From Spirochaetota bacterium (GTDB taxonomy: Bacteria > Spirochaetota > UBA4802 > UBA5550), in assembly GCA_963664815.2 (NCBI GenBank), contig CAXXHB010000003.1, positions 1,536,001-1,600,000 of the forward strand: 64,000 nt of DNA. Direction: 5' to 3'. The notes under the pieces are model-generated. The model made no database searches and was not told the DNA's origin. It saw nothing but the letters and a program-made list of their open reading frames with translations. Below, in pieces: positions 1-10,424 of the stretch (the stretch's first letter is position 1; every line of letters begins with the position of its first letter). Made by a program: the position numbers and the translations under genes.

Positions 1-203
1 AATGATAAAAAATGAAACGCTATATTTCGGTTTTTATATTAAATATTATGTCACAGTATTGAGGTTTTTAATTGACACAGTTATAAAAAAAATATTTATT
101 ATTCAATGTTTATTCCTTTATTTCTATCAGTAAAAAGATATTATCATCTCCATGCCGCAATTGTCGGTGAGTTAAAATATTTGGTATTTAAATTCCGGGG
201 TTT

Positions 204-950
204 ATGATGGAAAAAAGTTTGATTAGAGCAGCGGAAATTATAAAAAAAACAAAAAATGTAATAGCGTTGACCGGCGCTGGAATTTCAGTGGAAAGTGGTA
301 TTCCTGATTTCAGAAGTGCCGGCGGTTTATGGGACAAATATGACCCGTCAATTTATGCGTCAATATACTCATTTAAGAGTATGCCTGAAAAGGTCTGGAA
401 TATGATATTTGAGATGATAGATATTACGGAAAATGCAAAACCGAACAATGCTCATTATGCACTTGCGGAGCTGGAGCAAATGAACCTGCTGAAGGCTGTT
501 ATTACCCAGAATATAGATAATCTTCATCAGGAGGGGGGGAGCAGAAATGTAATTGAATACCATGGGAATGCTAAACACCTTGTGTGTCTTTCATGCTCGG
601 TTGAATACAGCGCCCAGGATTTTAATGTCATGGAAAAGAAGATACCACATTGCGGAAAATGCGGTAAAATATTAAAACCATCGGTAATTTTTTTCGGTGA
701 AAATATTCCGGATAATGCTCTCCGTGATTCACAGAAGTTTGCCGAAAATGCAGGTGTTGTTCTTGTGGTTGGAACTTCGGCAGTTGTATATCCCGCAGCG
801 GGGATTCCAAAGATAGCAAAAAACAGAGGTGCATGCATAATTGAGTTTAATATTGAGGAGACCGAGTTGACCAGGGGTGATACTGATATATTCATAAAGG
901 GCTCGGCAGGAAAAACTCTCCCCGAACTTGTACAGCTGCTGAAAAAATAG
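204..950 (+). CDS. cobB: NAD-dependent protein deacylase (sirtuin, Sir2 family)
   Basis: GAGISVESGIPDFRS, TQNIDNLH, HG, CxxC..CxxC zinc motif, VGTSAVVYPA. Confidence 0.95.
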   Translation: MMEKSLIRAAEIIKKTKNVIALTGAGISVESGIPDFRSAGGLWDKYDPSIYASIYSFKSMPEKVWNMIFEMIDITENAKPNNAHYALAELEQMNLLKAVITQNIDNLHQEGGSRNVIEYHGNAKHLVCLSCSVEYSAQDFNVMEKKIPHCGKCGKILKPSVIFFGENIPDNALRDSQKFAENAGVVLVVGTSAVVYPAAGIPKIAKNRGACIIEFNIEETELTRGDTDIFIKGSAGKTLPELVQLLKK

Positions 951-959
951 GTTGAAAAA

Positions 960-2708
960 TTGAACAAAATTATACTTTTACCCGATCATATAAAGCATAT
1001 GATTGCAGCAGGAGAAGTTGTTGAAGGGCCTTTTTCTGTTGTAAAAGAACTTGTTGAAAACTCGGTAGATGCCGGGGCTGACATTATTGATGTACAGGTT
1101 TTTGATTCCGGTCTGAAAAAAATCCTTGTAATGGATAATGGAGCCGGTATGCTGAAAGATGATGTTATACTTTCAATAAAAGAACATGCCACGAGTAAAA
1201 TTACCGGCAGTGCCGGACTGCATAATATTACAACATATGGATTCAGGGGGGAGGCTCTTTCCAGTATATCCTCCATTTCAGATATGGTAATACTTACCAG
1301 GGCTTTGGAAGAGGATTTTGGTTCCAGGCTTGAATCGACAGACGGGAAGGTTGTTGTTACTGAATTTGCCGGGATGCCTGGTACAACTGTAATTATTGAA
1401 AATCTCTTTTATAATATGCCGGCGAGAAAAAAATTTTTAAAATCCAAAAAAACCGAGCTGCGGAATATCAGGGAAACTGTTCTTTGCATGGCATTGTCGG
1501 CATATAATATTTCTTTTACACTTGATGTTGACGGCAGGAGGGAGGTCTCTCTTCCTGCCGTTAAAACTGCCGATGAGCGCATACAGCAGGTTTTCGGTAA
1601 AACAATACTTCAAAGCCTGTATGTTGAGGAGCTGGTTGATATTAAAGTTAAACTTCGGGGGTACCTCTCAAAGCCTGATTTTATGAGAAGCTCAAAGAAT
1701 ATGCAGTTTATATTTGTAAACGGCAGGCCGATAGAATATAAATACCTGTCATTTCATCTTTCACGGGCATATGATGCGGTGATACCTAAAGGTAAATATC
1801 CAGCCGCAATAATATTTATTGAGATTGATCCTGAGCTTATTGATGTTAATATACATCCGGCCAAACGCGAAGTGAAACTTTTCGATCAGAAATACATTGA
1901 TGATATGATTTTCAACCTTGCATCTAAATGTCTGAATAAACCTCATTCCATACCTGATTCATTTCTCAGGAGTGCTGCCGGTGATTATAAATCGGTAAAT
2001 ATTCCGGAGAAGGACAGTTCCTATTCACTCCTGCAGAAGACTGTTCAGCTATCTTCAGTTGATGAGTTATCGGAAAATGCATATGGCGGAACACTTTTTA
2101 ATCAGGCAGAGGAGCGTATACCTGTAAATCGTGAGATCAGGACAGGCGGAGGAATAAAAATTCTGGGTACCCTGTTTGATACATACATTCTGGCTGAAGA
2201 TGATAATAAGCTTCATCTGATAGATTTTCATGCTGCACATGAAAGGATTCTATACGATAAGCTTAAGGCTTTTCATAATGAAATTGAATATCAGGAACTT
2301 ATTTTTCCTGTTACTGTGGAACTATCAATTGATGAATTTAATCTTGTGACAGATAATGTTGAAATTTTTAATGAAATAGGATTTGAAATTGAAGAATTTT
2401 CTGATTATACAATAATAATCAGATCTGCACCCGTTATTGCAGGGAATGATAAAATTGATGAATTAATTAAAAATATGATTGATAATATAAAAGATGGAAT
2501 AAAAAGTAATGATCTGACTGAGCGATTTTATTCATTAGTTGCGTGTCATTCGGCAAAAAGAGCCGGAGATAAGCTGAGCGACCCTGATATTGAAACTCTG
2601 ACACGCAAGGTAATGGATGGAAGCATGGAATTAAGGTGTCCGCACGGCAGGCCTTTTTTCTTTACAATAAATCGGAACGATCTTGAGAGGATATTTAAAA
2701 GGATATGA
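960..2708 (+). CDS. mutL: DNA mismatch repair protein MutL
   Basis: IAAGEVVE, KELVENS, GFRGEAL, DVNIHPAKREV, endonuclease motif DFHAAHER, ACH, CPHGRP. Confidence 0.97.
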   Translation: MNKIILLPDHIKHMIAAGEVVEGPFSVVKELVENSVDAGADIIDVQVFDSGLKKILVMDNGAGMLKDDVILSIKEHATSKITGSAGLHNITTYGFRGEALSSISSISDMVILTRALEEDFGSRLESTDGKVVVTEFAGMPGTTVIIENLFYNMPARKKFLKSKKTELRNIRETVLCMALSAYNISFTLDVDGRREVSLPAVKTADERIQQVFGKTILQSLYVEELVDIKVKLRGYLSKPDFMRSSKNMQFIFVNGRPIEYKYLSFHLSRAYDAVIPKGKYPAAIIFIEIDPELIDVNIHPAKREVKLFDQKYIDDMIFNLASKCLNKPHSIPDSFLRSAAGDYKSVNIPEKDSSYSLLQKTVQLSSVDELSENAYGGTLFNQAEERIPVNREIRTGGGIKILGTLFDTYILAEDDNKLHLIDFHAAHERILYDKLKAFHNEIEYQELIFPVTVELSIDEFNLVTDNVEIFNEIGFEIEEFSDYTIIIRSAPVIAGNDKIDELIKNMIDNIKDGIKSNDLTERFYSLVACHSAKRAGDKLSDPDIETLTRKVMDGSMELRCPHGRPFFFTINRNDLERIFKRI

Positions 2709-3241
2709 AAAAAATAGTACTGGCGGTTGGGTCATCAATTTCAGCGTATAAATCGTGTGATCTGTCCCGGCTTTTCGTTAAGGGGGGGTATGATGTCTTT
2801 ATGGTGTTGACTGAGAACGCAACAAAACTCGTATCTCCGCTGGCACTTGAGGCTCTGACAGGTCACCCTGTATATACTGATGAAACATTATGGGAAAAAC
2901 ATGAAATGGGGCATATAACCCTGAAAGATAATGCGGCACTCTTTCTGGCTGCCCCCGCTACAGCAAATATGCTTGGTAAGTTCGCAAACGGTATCGCAGA
3001 CGATATAGTAAGTACAACATTTCTCGCCATGAAATGCCCTGTACTTATTGCACCTGCCATGAATCCTGATATGTACAGCCATCCATCAGTCAGGTTTAAT
3101 ATTGAAAAGCTGAAAGGATGGGGATTTAAATTTGTTGAACCGGAGGAAGGACTGGTTGCGTGCGGAGATACAGGAAAAGGAAGACTTGCTGATATAAATG
3201 TAATTTATGAGGCGGCAGTCAATGTTATTGAAGGAAAGTAA
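2705..3241 (+). CDS. coaC: Phosphopantothenoylcysteine decarboxylase (CoaC half of CoaBC)
   Basis: SISAYK, APATAN, APAMN, ACGDTGKGRL flavoprotein motifs. Confidence 0.9.
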   Translation: MKKIVLAVGSSISAYKSCDLSRLFVKGGYDVFMVLTENATKLVSPLALEALTGHPVYTDETLWEKHEMGHITLKDNAALFLAAPATANMLGKFANGIADDIVSTTFLAMKCPVLIAPAMNPDMYSHPSVRFNIEKLKGWGFKFVEPEEGLVACGDTGKGRLADINVIYEAAVNVIEGK

Positions 3242-3902
3242 GATTATCGTAACCGGTGGTCCAACCCGTGAGTGGTTTGATCCGATAAGGTATATCTCTA
3301 ATGCATCAAGCGGCAAGATGGGGGTCGCTCTTGCCGATGAATCTTACAAAATTTCAGCAAATACTCTTTTCATTCACGGTCCTATAAATGAAAATCTCGT
3401 TAAAGATAAACCTTACAAATGTATTAAGGTCGAAACTACATCAGAACTGCTTGAAGCGGTACTCGGGCAGATTGGAGAAAATTCAGTGCTGATTATGTGT
3501 GCTGCACCGGCTGATTACACACCAATGGAAAAGTCTGAAGAAAAAATAAAAAAACAGGACGGTGACATTACCATTCGCATGAAAAGAACACCGGATATAC
3601 TTAAAAATGTTGCGGAATTCAGAGAGTCAGCCGGATTGAAAAATATTTTTGTAGCAGGATTTGCAGCTGAGACCATTAATACAGAAGATTATGCAATATC
3701 CAAACTGGCCGGTAAAAATCTTGACATGATATGTCTTAATGATGTGTCGAAAGAGGGAGCCGGATTTAACCTGGATACAAATATAATGACGCTTTTCACC
3801 AGAACCGGGCTGAAAATTGAATTACCCATGCTTGCAAAGGATAAAGTTGCTTTCGAAATACTAAATCTGATTAATACTGAGCTTCTAAAAAGAGGTGAGT
3901 AG
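3222..3902 (+). CDS. coaB: Phosphopantothenate--cysteine ligase (CoaB half); ATG 3222 preferred to the track start 3207
   Basis: IIVTGGPTREWFDPIRYISNASSGKMG, AAPADY, GFAAET, ND motifs; GAGG upstream of ATG 3222. Confidence 0.9.
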   Translation: MLLKESKIIVTGGPTREWFDPIRYISNASSGKMGVALADESYKISANTLFIHGPINENLVKDKPYKCIKVETTSELLEAVLGQIGENSVLIMCAAPADYTPMEKSEEKIKKQDGDITIRMKRTPDILKNVAEFRESAGLKNIFVAGFAAETINTEDYAISKLAGKNLDMICLNDVSKEGAGFNLDTNIMTLFTRTGLKIELPMLAKDKVAFEILNLINTELLKRGE

Positions 3903-3904
3903 TT

Positions 3905-4735
3905 ATGTTTATACGAAAACCGGTAGTGGCAGGTTCTTTTTATCCGGGAGATCCCCTGGAGTTGCAGAAGATGATAACTGAGTTTCTGGATTTTGCGGGA
4001 CCTGTATCTGGGGAGTTTGAAAATGATAAAATAATGGGGATAATATCTCCGCATGCCGGTTATGTCTATTCCGGACCTGTGGCTGCTTATGGATATAACT
4101 ATCTTGCCCATAGCAGGTATAACCGGTTTGTGGTGCTTGCACCTTCTCATCACGGGAGGTTTAACGGTGCATCAGTAATTCCGGGTGGTATTTTCAAAAC
4201 TCCGCTTGGTGATGTTAAAATAGATTCAGGCATTGGTGAAAGGCTTGAAAAAAGAGGCCATTTCGGATTCATAAAGGAAGCTCACGAGATGGAACATTCT
4301 CTGGAGGTACAGATTCCCTTTCTGCAGATGGTAAAACCAGAAGCGGAAATTGTACCGGTTGTGATGGGAACAATAGAACCTGAGCTCTGCAGAGTAATCG
4401 GTGAGACAATAGCGGAGGAGGTTATCTCTTCAGGAAGGGAGTATGGAATAATAATCTCCACGGATCTTTCCCATTATCATGCTTATAATGTAGCTGTTAA
4501 AAAAGATAAAGAGTTTATAACTGCACTTGAATCGTTCGATGGGCGAAAAGTTGCAGATGTAATCCTGTCAGGAAGGGGTGAAGCATGTGGAGAAGGCGGG
4601 ATTCTGGCGGGGATTTCACTTGCGAGGATGCTTGGAGCGAAACGAATTAAAACTGTAAAGTATGCGAATTCTGGCGACACTGCAGGACCGAAGGATCAGG
4701 TTGTCGGTTATCTATCGGCGTTAATTCTTGGCTGA
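3905..4735 (+). CDS. amrB: AmmeMemoRadiSam system protein B (MEMO1 family)
   Basis: RKPVVAGSFYP, PHAGYVYSG, EHSLEVQIPF, STDLSHY, ACG, VVGY. Confidence 0.93.
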   Translation: MFIRKPVVAGSFYPGDPLELQKMITEFLDFAGPVSGEFENDKIMGIISPHAGYVYSGPVAAYGYNYLAHSRYNRFVVLAPSHHGRFNGASVIPGGIFKTPLGDVKIDSGIGERLEKRGHFGFIKEAHEMEHSLEVQIPFLQMVKPEAEIVPVVMGTIEPELCRVIGETIAEEVISSGREYGIIISTDLSHYHAYNVAVKKDKEFITALESFDGRKVADVILSGRGEACGEGGILAGISLARMLGAKRIKTVKYANSGDTAGPKDQVVGYLSALILG

Positions 4736-4750
4736 TGGGGGGTAAATGAT

Positions 4751-5314
4751 ATGATAGAGCTAAACAGGGATCAGCAGATAAAATTGCTTAAGCTTGCAAG
4801 AAGAACAATTGCAGATAAACTCGGTATTTCCGGAGCACCCGAGATACCCTCTTTTAATGATGATATTTTTAATGAAAAATGTGGCGCCTTCGTAACTATT
4901 CATATTAAAGGCAGACTTAGAGGATGTATCGGGTATATTGAGGGTGTAAAATCGATTCCTGAAACAGTAAAAGATATGGCAGCTGCATCCGCTTTCAGCG
5001 ATCCCCGGTTTTCATCGCTTACAGCTGATGAATATAAAAAGATTGATATTGAAATTTCTGTTCTCAGCCCTGTAGAAAAAGTAAGCAACATCGATGAGAT
5101 TGTTGTGGGAAGAGATGGACTTATAATAACAAGGGGATACAGCAGAGGTTTATTGCTTCCACAGGTTCCGGTAGAACAGGGGTGGGATAGAAATACTTTT
5201 CTTTCTCAAACATGTTATAAAGCCGGGATATCCGGCGATTCATGGAGAAAACAGGATGTGATGATAGAAAAGTTTTCAGCACAGGTCTTTTCGGAAAATG
5301 AACTTCCTGTGTGA
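4751..5314 (+). CDS. amrA: AmmeMemoRadiSam system protein A (AMMECR1 family)
   Basis: GAFVT, LRGCIG, DPRF, EISVLS, GLLLPQV, KAG. Confidence 0.93.
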   Translation: MIELNRDQQIKLLKLARRTIADKLGISGAPEIPSFNDDIFNEKCGAFVTIHIKGRLRGCIGYIEGVKSIPETVKDMAAASAFSDPRFSSLTADEYKKIDIEISVLSPVEKVSNIDEIVVGRDGLIITRGYSRGLLLPQVPVEQGWDRNTFLSQTCYKAGISGDSWRKQDVMIEKFSAQVFSENELPV

Positions 5315-5458
5315 GAATAAGCTGGTTTACATGTATTTTGGTGATGGCTTTTCATTTAAATTTGTAATATTACGTGGAATTTAAACAATGCGGTTAATAA
5401 AAGAATATTTAAAAGCAGTCAGTATGAATAAGATGTATTAATAAAATGGATTAATTAA

Positions 5459-5923
5459 ATGAATATAAATAAAGCAATAGCAGTGTTACTGATTTTCACG
5501 TTTTCTATTACGCTTTCATGTAAGGGAAAAAAAGCTTTTGTTGATCCCGCTTATGTCTTTTTGAAATGGTCAAGTGCTGTTAAGAATCTTAATTATAAAG
5601 AGTACAGCGAATGTGAAGCCTTTCCAAAAGATGAAATTGTGTTTCGTGAGCTTTATACGGATTTTTATTATGCAGATCTCCTTATACGAAATCTTGGCGA
5701 ATACAATGAGAATGATATCAGGAGAGATATCGAAGGGAATAAATATAACTTACGTAAGGTTTACTTTGAATGTAAAAGAGTGGAACGGAAGAGCGGGCAT
5801 GCAGTTCAGGAAATGAAGGGTGATATTGAATTTGTAAATTATATTAATGGTCCAAAATTAAATAAGGGATGGCTGATGTATAACAGAACAATTATAAGTA
5901 CGGGGATAAATATTAGAAAATGA
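5459..5923 (+). CDS. Putative lipoprotein of unknown function
   Basis: Basic N-terminus, hydrophobic stretch and lipobox TLSC; overlaps lolE start by 4 nt. Confidence 0.75.
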   Translation: MNINKAIAVLLIFTFSITLSCKGKKAFVDPAYVFLKWSSAVKNLNYKEYSECEAFPKDEIVFRELYTDFYYADLLIRNLGEYNENDIRRDIEGNKYNLRKVYFECKRVERKSGHAVQEMKGDIEFVNYINGPKLNKGWLMYNRTIISTGINIRK

Positions 5924-7224
5924 AATTTTTTGAATTTTTTGTCGGGTTCCGCTATTTAAAATCGAAAAAAGCACAGGGATTTATATCTTTTAACACGCTT
6001 CTTTCTGTTTTCATAGTTTTTATTGGAGTATTCATTTTAATTGTTGTGCTCTCTGTAATGAACGGTTTTCAGGGGCAGATAAAGAACAAGATTCTTGATG
6101 TCGATTCACATATTGTTGTTTCAACACTGGCCGGTGAAATAGATGGCGTGGCCATTCCCGATTACAGGCATGTTGTGGATAAAATAAGAATGATAGAGGA
6201 CGTTACATCAGCAAATGCATATATTCAGGGTCAGGGCTTATTCAGATTTAAAAGTAATGTAGGTCCGATAATGATCAGGGGTATGGGAACCAGAGAGGAT
6301 GTTCCATCAGATATATTGAAGTTTATAACTTCAAATAAAAGCGGATTCTGCCATGAAAAGGGTGTTTATATCGGGGAGGAAATGGCGTTTAATTATGGTA
6401 TAAAAGCAGGTAACCAGATTGAGTTGATTGTCCCGCAGGGGAGGCTTAGTGCAGTTACTGGTATAACACCAGGTATAGGGAAATTCAAGGTACTGGGTTT
6501 TTTTAAAACAGGTTATTATGATTTCGATACAAAACTTATTATTATGTCTCTTTCTGATTGCCAGAATCTTTTTTCACTTGGTGATGTTGCGTATAACATA
6601 GGGGTAAAAATTAATGACATATATAAGTTGAATAAGATGTCGTCCATTATTCAGTCGGCGATAGGTTTTGAATATGTTACTATGACTGCGGAACAACGGA
6701 ATCATAATCTGTTTTATGCACTTAAGCTTGAGAAACTTATCATGACAATAATACTTTTTCTGGTAATAATTTCAGCGGGATTTACAATTATGGGTACAAT
6801 TGTAATGGTTGTGATGGAGAAGAGAAGAGCGATAGGAATTATGAAATCGATGGGCGCAAAACCTGAATCTATAATGATAATATTTGTCCTTGAGGGTTTT
6901 CTAATAGGTATTATTGGTACCTTTTTGGGCGTTATCCTGGGGCTTGCAGCTTCGCTTAATCTTGAAGCTATTATTTTATGTATTGAAAATGTAATCAATG
7001 CGGTGATGGAATACATGTATGTTTTATTTGATCTTGGAGTTTTTTACCGTATCAATATAGTACCAACCAGTGTTTATTATATTGATTCAATTCCGACGGA
7101 GATCAGTCCTGAATTCATTGTTTTTATAGCGGCGGCAGCAATTTTTCTCTCTACATTCGCTGCTATCTTCCCGGCATGGCAGGCATCAAGACAGAAGCCT
7201 GTTGAAACTATCAGATATGAATAG
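5920..7224 (+). CDS. lolE: Lipoprotein-releasing ABC transporter permease (LolC/E family)
   Basis: RYLKSKK, VLSVMNGF, EKRRAIGIMKSMGA, FPAWQASRQKPVETIRYE; FtsX-type TM pattern. Confidence 0.9.
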   Translation: MKFFEFFVGFRYLKSKKAQGFISFNTLLSVFIVFIGVFILIVVLSVMNGFQGQIKNKILDVDSHIVVSTLAGEIDGVAIPDYRHVVDKIRMIEDVTSANAYIQGQGLFRFKSNVGPIMIRGMGTREDVPSDILKFITSNKSGFCHEKGVYIGEEMAFNYGIKAGNQIELIVPQGRLSAVTGITPGIGKFKVLGFFKTGYYDFDTKLIIMSLSDCQNLFSLGDVAYNIGVKINDIYKLNKMSSIIQSAIGFEYVTMTAEQRNHNLFYALKLEKLIMTIILFLVIISAGFTIMGTIVMVVMEKRRAIGIMKSMGAKPESIMIIFVLEGFLIGIIGTFLGVILGLAASLNLEAIILCIENVINAVMEYMYVLFDLGVFYRINIVPTSVYYIDSIPTEISPEFIVFIAAAAIFLSTFAAIFPAWQASRQKPVETIRYE

Positions 7225-7233
7225 GTTATTTCA

Positions 7234-7929
7234 ATGAATTCAGATAATAAAATAATTGATGTAAAGGGGCTTGAAAAAACATATGGTTCAGGCAGAAACA
7301 GTATACATGTTCTCAAGGGAATCGATCTTGAAGTTATAAAAGGGGATACAGTTTCAATAACCGGGCCGAGTGGAACCGGAAAGTCTACCCTGCTTAATAT
7401 GATCGGCTGTCTTGATAATTTTGACAAAGGGAGCCTGAGACTTTCCGGTCGTGAGGTATCATCTTTTTCTGTAGATGAGCTTTCTTCATTCAGAAACAGA
7501 CATATAGGATTTATCTTCCAGCTTCATAACCTGCTGCCGGAATTTACCGCAGTTGAAAATGTGATGATTCCTCTGCTGATACGGAGGACACCATCAAAAA
7601 AAGCGCGGGAGATGTCGATGGAGTTGTTGAAAAAATTTCATATGGAAGACAGATCAGATCATAAGCCCGGGGAGATGTCCGGTGGAGAGTGTCAGCGGGT
7701 TGCAGTGGCAAGGGCGATAGTCGGTGAACCTGATCTGATATTAGCTGATGAACCTACAGGGAGCCTTGATTCCAGAAACTCAATGACTCTTCTTGAGATA
7801 TTGCTTGATTTATGCAGAGAAAAGGAGAGTACAATTGTTATAGTAACGCATGATATGAAAATTGCCGGGATGACCCGCAGAAAAATATCCATGCTTGATG
7901 GTCTTATAGTGGATAATGAAGTTCTGTAA
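7234..7929 (+). CDS. lolD: Lipoprotein-releasing ABC transporter ATPase
   Basis: Walker A GPSGTGKST, GFIFQLHNLL, MSGGECQR, LADEPTG; follows lolE. Confidence 0.9.
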   Translation: MNSDNKIIDVKGLEKTYGSGRNSIHVLKGIDLEVIKGDTVSITGPSGTGKSTLLNMIGCLDNFDKGSLRLSGREVSSFSVDELSSFRNRHIGFIFQLHNLLPEFTAVENVMIPLLIRRTPSKKAREMSMELLKKFHMEDRSDHKPGEMSGGECQRVAVARAIVGEPDLILADEPTGSLDSRNSMTLLEILLDLCREKESTIVIVTHDMKIAGMTRRKISMLDGLIVDNEVL

Positions 7930-7945
7930 ATAGCGGAATGGTTAT

Positions 7946-9028
7946 ATGCCCGATTTAATTAAAACGGTTACTGATAAAGCTCAGTTTCAATTTCTTCTTG
8001 AAAATTTTTTTAAAGAAGCTGCTGTTTTTATAAAAACAAGCAGCGGCAGTATTACTCTTCAATATATCGGCTTTTCCGAAGGCAATGTTGCATTCAGGAT
8101 CCCGCTTGTTAAATCTTCACCGGAAAACGTTGTTGTTTTTACCCGTCACAAAACAAACACAATATATCTGAGCATGAAATTTCTGGAAAGAAGTGAAGAT
8201 ACTTTTGTTTATATACCGATTAAATTCCAGATAATTTCCGAATCGAGAAAGGAAGACCGTAAGCTTGTCAATATTGAGGGCGGGAAAAGTATAATGTATC
8301 TCAATAATCTGATAAGTGATTATATTATTGAAAGGGGATTATCAACGGCTGAAAAAAAAATTGATAAGGTAAAGGAATTCACTGAATTTGAACTGAAAAA
8401 GAAATTTGATCTTGTGAAGATAGTTTTTATTAATGAAAGTAAAACAGATAACAGGCTCAAACATATTTTAAATACTTCAAAACCGATATATATGCCTAAT
8501 CTTAATGTTGATCCTGATCCGGATAAAGAGGAGGATTATAATTTTTACATCAACAATATTTATAAATACGACATTTCTCTCTCATCAAGAAATAAGTATA
8601 TCTCAGAGATAACGATTCCTGTGACGTATAATAATGTTATTATATATGGTTATCTTCAGGTTAATAACACACAGGCGGTAACAGATGGGATGGTGGCTGT
8701 TGTCAGGAGGATGAGTATAGCCATAAACCAGTTGATGATAAAACATCAGCTTTTCTTCCCGCTTGAAGACAGGTTTCTTGTCGCTGATATTTCACCTAAC
8801 GGTTTAAGCTTTGTGTTTAAAGAGAAAAAATACCTGAGATATTTTGAAGAGGGGAGTAAAATAAGTTTTGATATTTTACTGCCGACTCAGAAAAAGGCCA
8901 TCATAGGTGCTATAGTCAGGAATGTTACATTCATGGAAAACAGAATTATAAAAACCGGATGTGAAATATATGTAATGGATGATATCAGTAAATCAAATTA
9001 CGATGAATTTTTACAGTTATCTCAATAA
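7946..9028 (+). CDS. PilZ-type c-di-GMP-binding protein (DUF1577-like)
   Basis: RKEDR (RxxxR) and DISPNG (DxSxxG) motifs separated by a long insert. Confidence 0.6.
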   Translation: MPDLIKTVTDKAQFQFLLENFFKEAAVFIKTSSGSITLQYIGFSEGNVAFRIPLVKSSPENVVVFTRHKTNTIYLSMKFLERSEDTFVYIPIKFQIISESRKEDRKLVNIEGGKSIMYLNNLISDYIIERGLSTAEKKIDKVKEFTEFELKKKFDLVKIVFINESKTDNRLKHILNTSKPIYMPNLNVDPDPDKEEDYNFYINNIYKYDISLSSRNKYISEITIPVTYNNVIIYGYLQVNNTQAVTDGMVAVVRRMSIAINQLMIKHQLFFPLEDRFLVADISPNGLSFVFKEKKYLRYFEEGSKISFDILLPTQKKAIIGAIVRNVTFMENRIIKTGCEIYVMDDISKSNYDEFLQLSQ

Positions 9029-9100
9029 TACTGCAAATATCACAGTAAACCATATTTAATATTATATATAACCGATTTGCTGATGCAATTTCTTCCAGTT

Positions 9101-9847
9101 TTATATGAAATGATCTACCGTGGCAATTATATCTTTTAATTTAGGTTTGATGTATTCCAGCCCCTCATTAACATCATCAAAGAAATGAAATATATTGAGA
9201 TCTTCTGCTGAAATCATCCCTGTATCCACGAGTTTCCGGAAATTAATAAGATCTTTCCAGTAGGCACTGTCATATAACAGAACAGGTATATCAGATTTGG
9301 CCATTTTTTTTGTCTGTATCAGAGTTAATGTTTCAAAAAGTTCATCGAATGTACCAAATCCGCCGGGGAATACTATTATTGCTTTTGCGTGGTATAGAAG
9401 CCAGAGCTTTCTCATGAAAAAATAGTGAAATTCAAAATTCAGATCTTCAGAAATATATGGATTGGGATGCTGTTCGAAAGGAAGAGATATGTTAAGTCCG
9501 ATAGTTTTACTACCTGCATCTCTTGCTCCGCGGTTTGCAGCCTCCATTACACCGGGGCCCCCTCCGGTGCATATAAAAAAAGTTTCACCCGTCTCATTCT
9601 GAAGCTCCTGGCTGTATTTTGCCAGTTCAAAGGAGAAAGTTCTTGCTATGTTATAATATTCGGCAGTTCCGAATTTATTGTCATCTGGATGAATTCTGGC
9701 TGAACCGAAAAAAACTACAGTATGATATATCTCCATTTTTCTGAATTTTGCTTCAGGCTGGATATATTCGCTAAGAATTCTTAGTGTACGACCGTCTCTT
9801 GAGTTCATAAAATCCGGATCTTTATATGCTTTGAGAGGTTTGTCCAT
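9101..9847 (-). CDS. LOG family (TIGR00730-like) nucleotide phosphoribohydrolase
   Basis: FFGSAR, TGGGPGVMEAANRGA, FFMRK, PGGFGTFDE. Confidence 0.9.
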   Translation of the reverse strand: MDKPLKAYKDPDFMNSRDGRTLRILSEYIQPEAKFRKMEIYHTVVFFGSARIHPDDNKFGTAEYYNIARTFSFELAKYSQELQNETGETFFICTGGGPGVMEAANRGARDAGSKTIGLNISLPFEQHPNPYISEDLNFEFHYFFMRKLWLLYHAKAIIVFPGGFGTFDELFETLTLIQTKKMAKSDIPVLLYDSAYWKDLINFRKLVDTGMISAEDLNIFHFFDDVNEGLEYIKPKLKDIIATVDHFI

Positions 9848-10424
9848 GCTTAAAGTACCGCCTTTTGCGTTTTATATTAAATATTGTTCCGTCAGTTGAA
9901 TCGGTAACATTTGAAGCGATTATCGTTTTTTTATCAATATACTCTATTGAGACGGAATCCATGAAACTTAATATAATTTTAAGACCAGCCCCGATGCCCC
10001 TGAGGGGAACTGTTTCTCCATTTACTTTTATTGAGAGTTTGGATTTTTCTGATTCTGTTGCATAGCTTATAATCTGGTCATGGTAATTTCTTGACTGTAT
10101 ATCAGGGGTTGTGCTTAATATTTTTATAAAATCCAGACCGGTTCCATGATCGATTATTGTTGCGTCAAACTCGGTTTCGGTTACGGTATATCTTATAGTT
10201 ATATTACGTTTTTCCGGGATTTTACTTTTATTGTCGTTACAGTTAAGAGTAACCTGAACTGCATTGGTAATAGATTCATCCATGGACAGAATTATTTCAT
10301 CTATCTCTTCCTGGGGATATTCAATTTTAATTAAATCTATCATCAACCTGTCAATTACTTCGGGAACAATAGAAGTACTTGCAGTGAAACTGTCCAGAAA
10401 ACCTATCTCTTTATCTTTTATCAT
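9822..10424 (-). CDS. Anti-sigma factor / RsbW-like HATPase_c kinase
   Basis: DESITNAV (N box), IIDHGTG (G1), RGIGAGL (G2). Confidence 0.7.
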   Translation of the reverse strand: MIKDKEIGFLDSFTASTSIVPEVIDRLMIDLIKIEYPQEEIDEIILSMDESITNAVQVTLNCNDNKSKIPEKRNITIRYTVTETEFDATIIDHGTGLDFIKILSTTPDIQSRNYHDQIISYATESEKSKLSIKVNGETVPLRGIGAGLKIILSFMDSVSIEYIDKKTIIASNVTDSTDGTIFNIKRKRRYFKHGQTSQSI

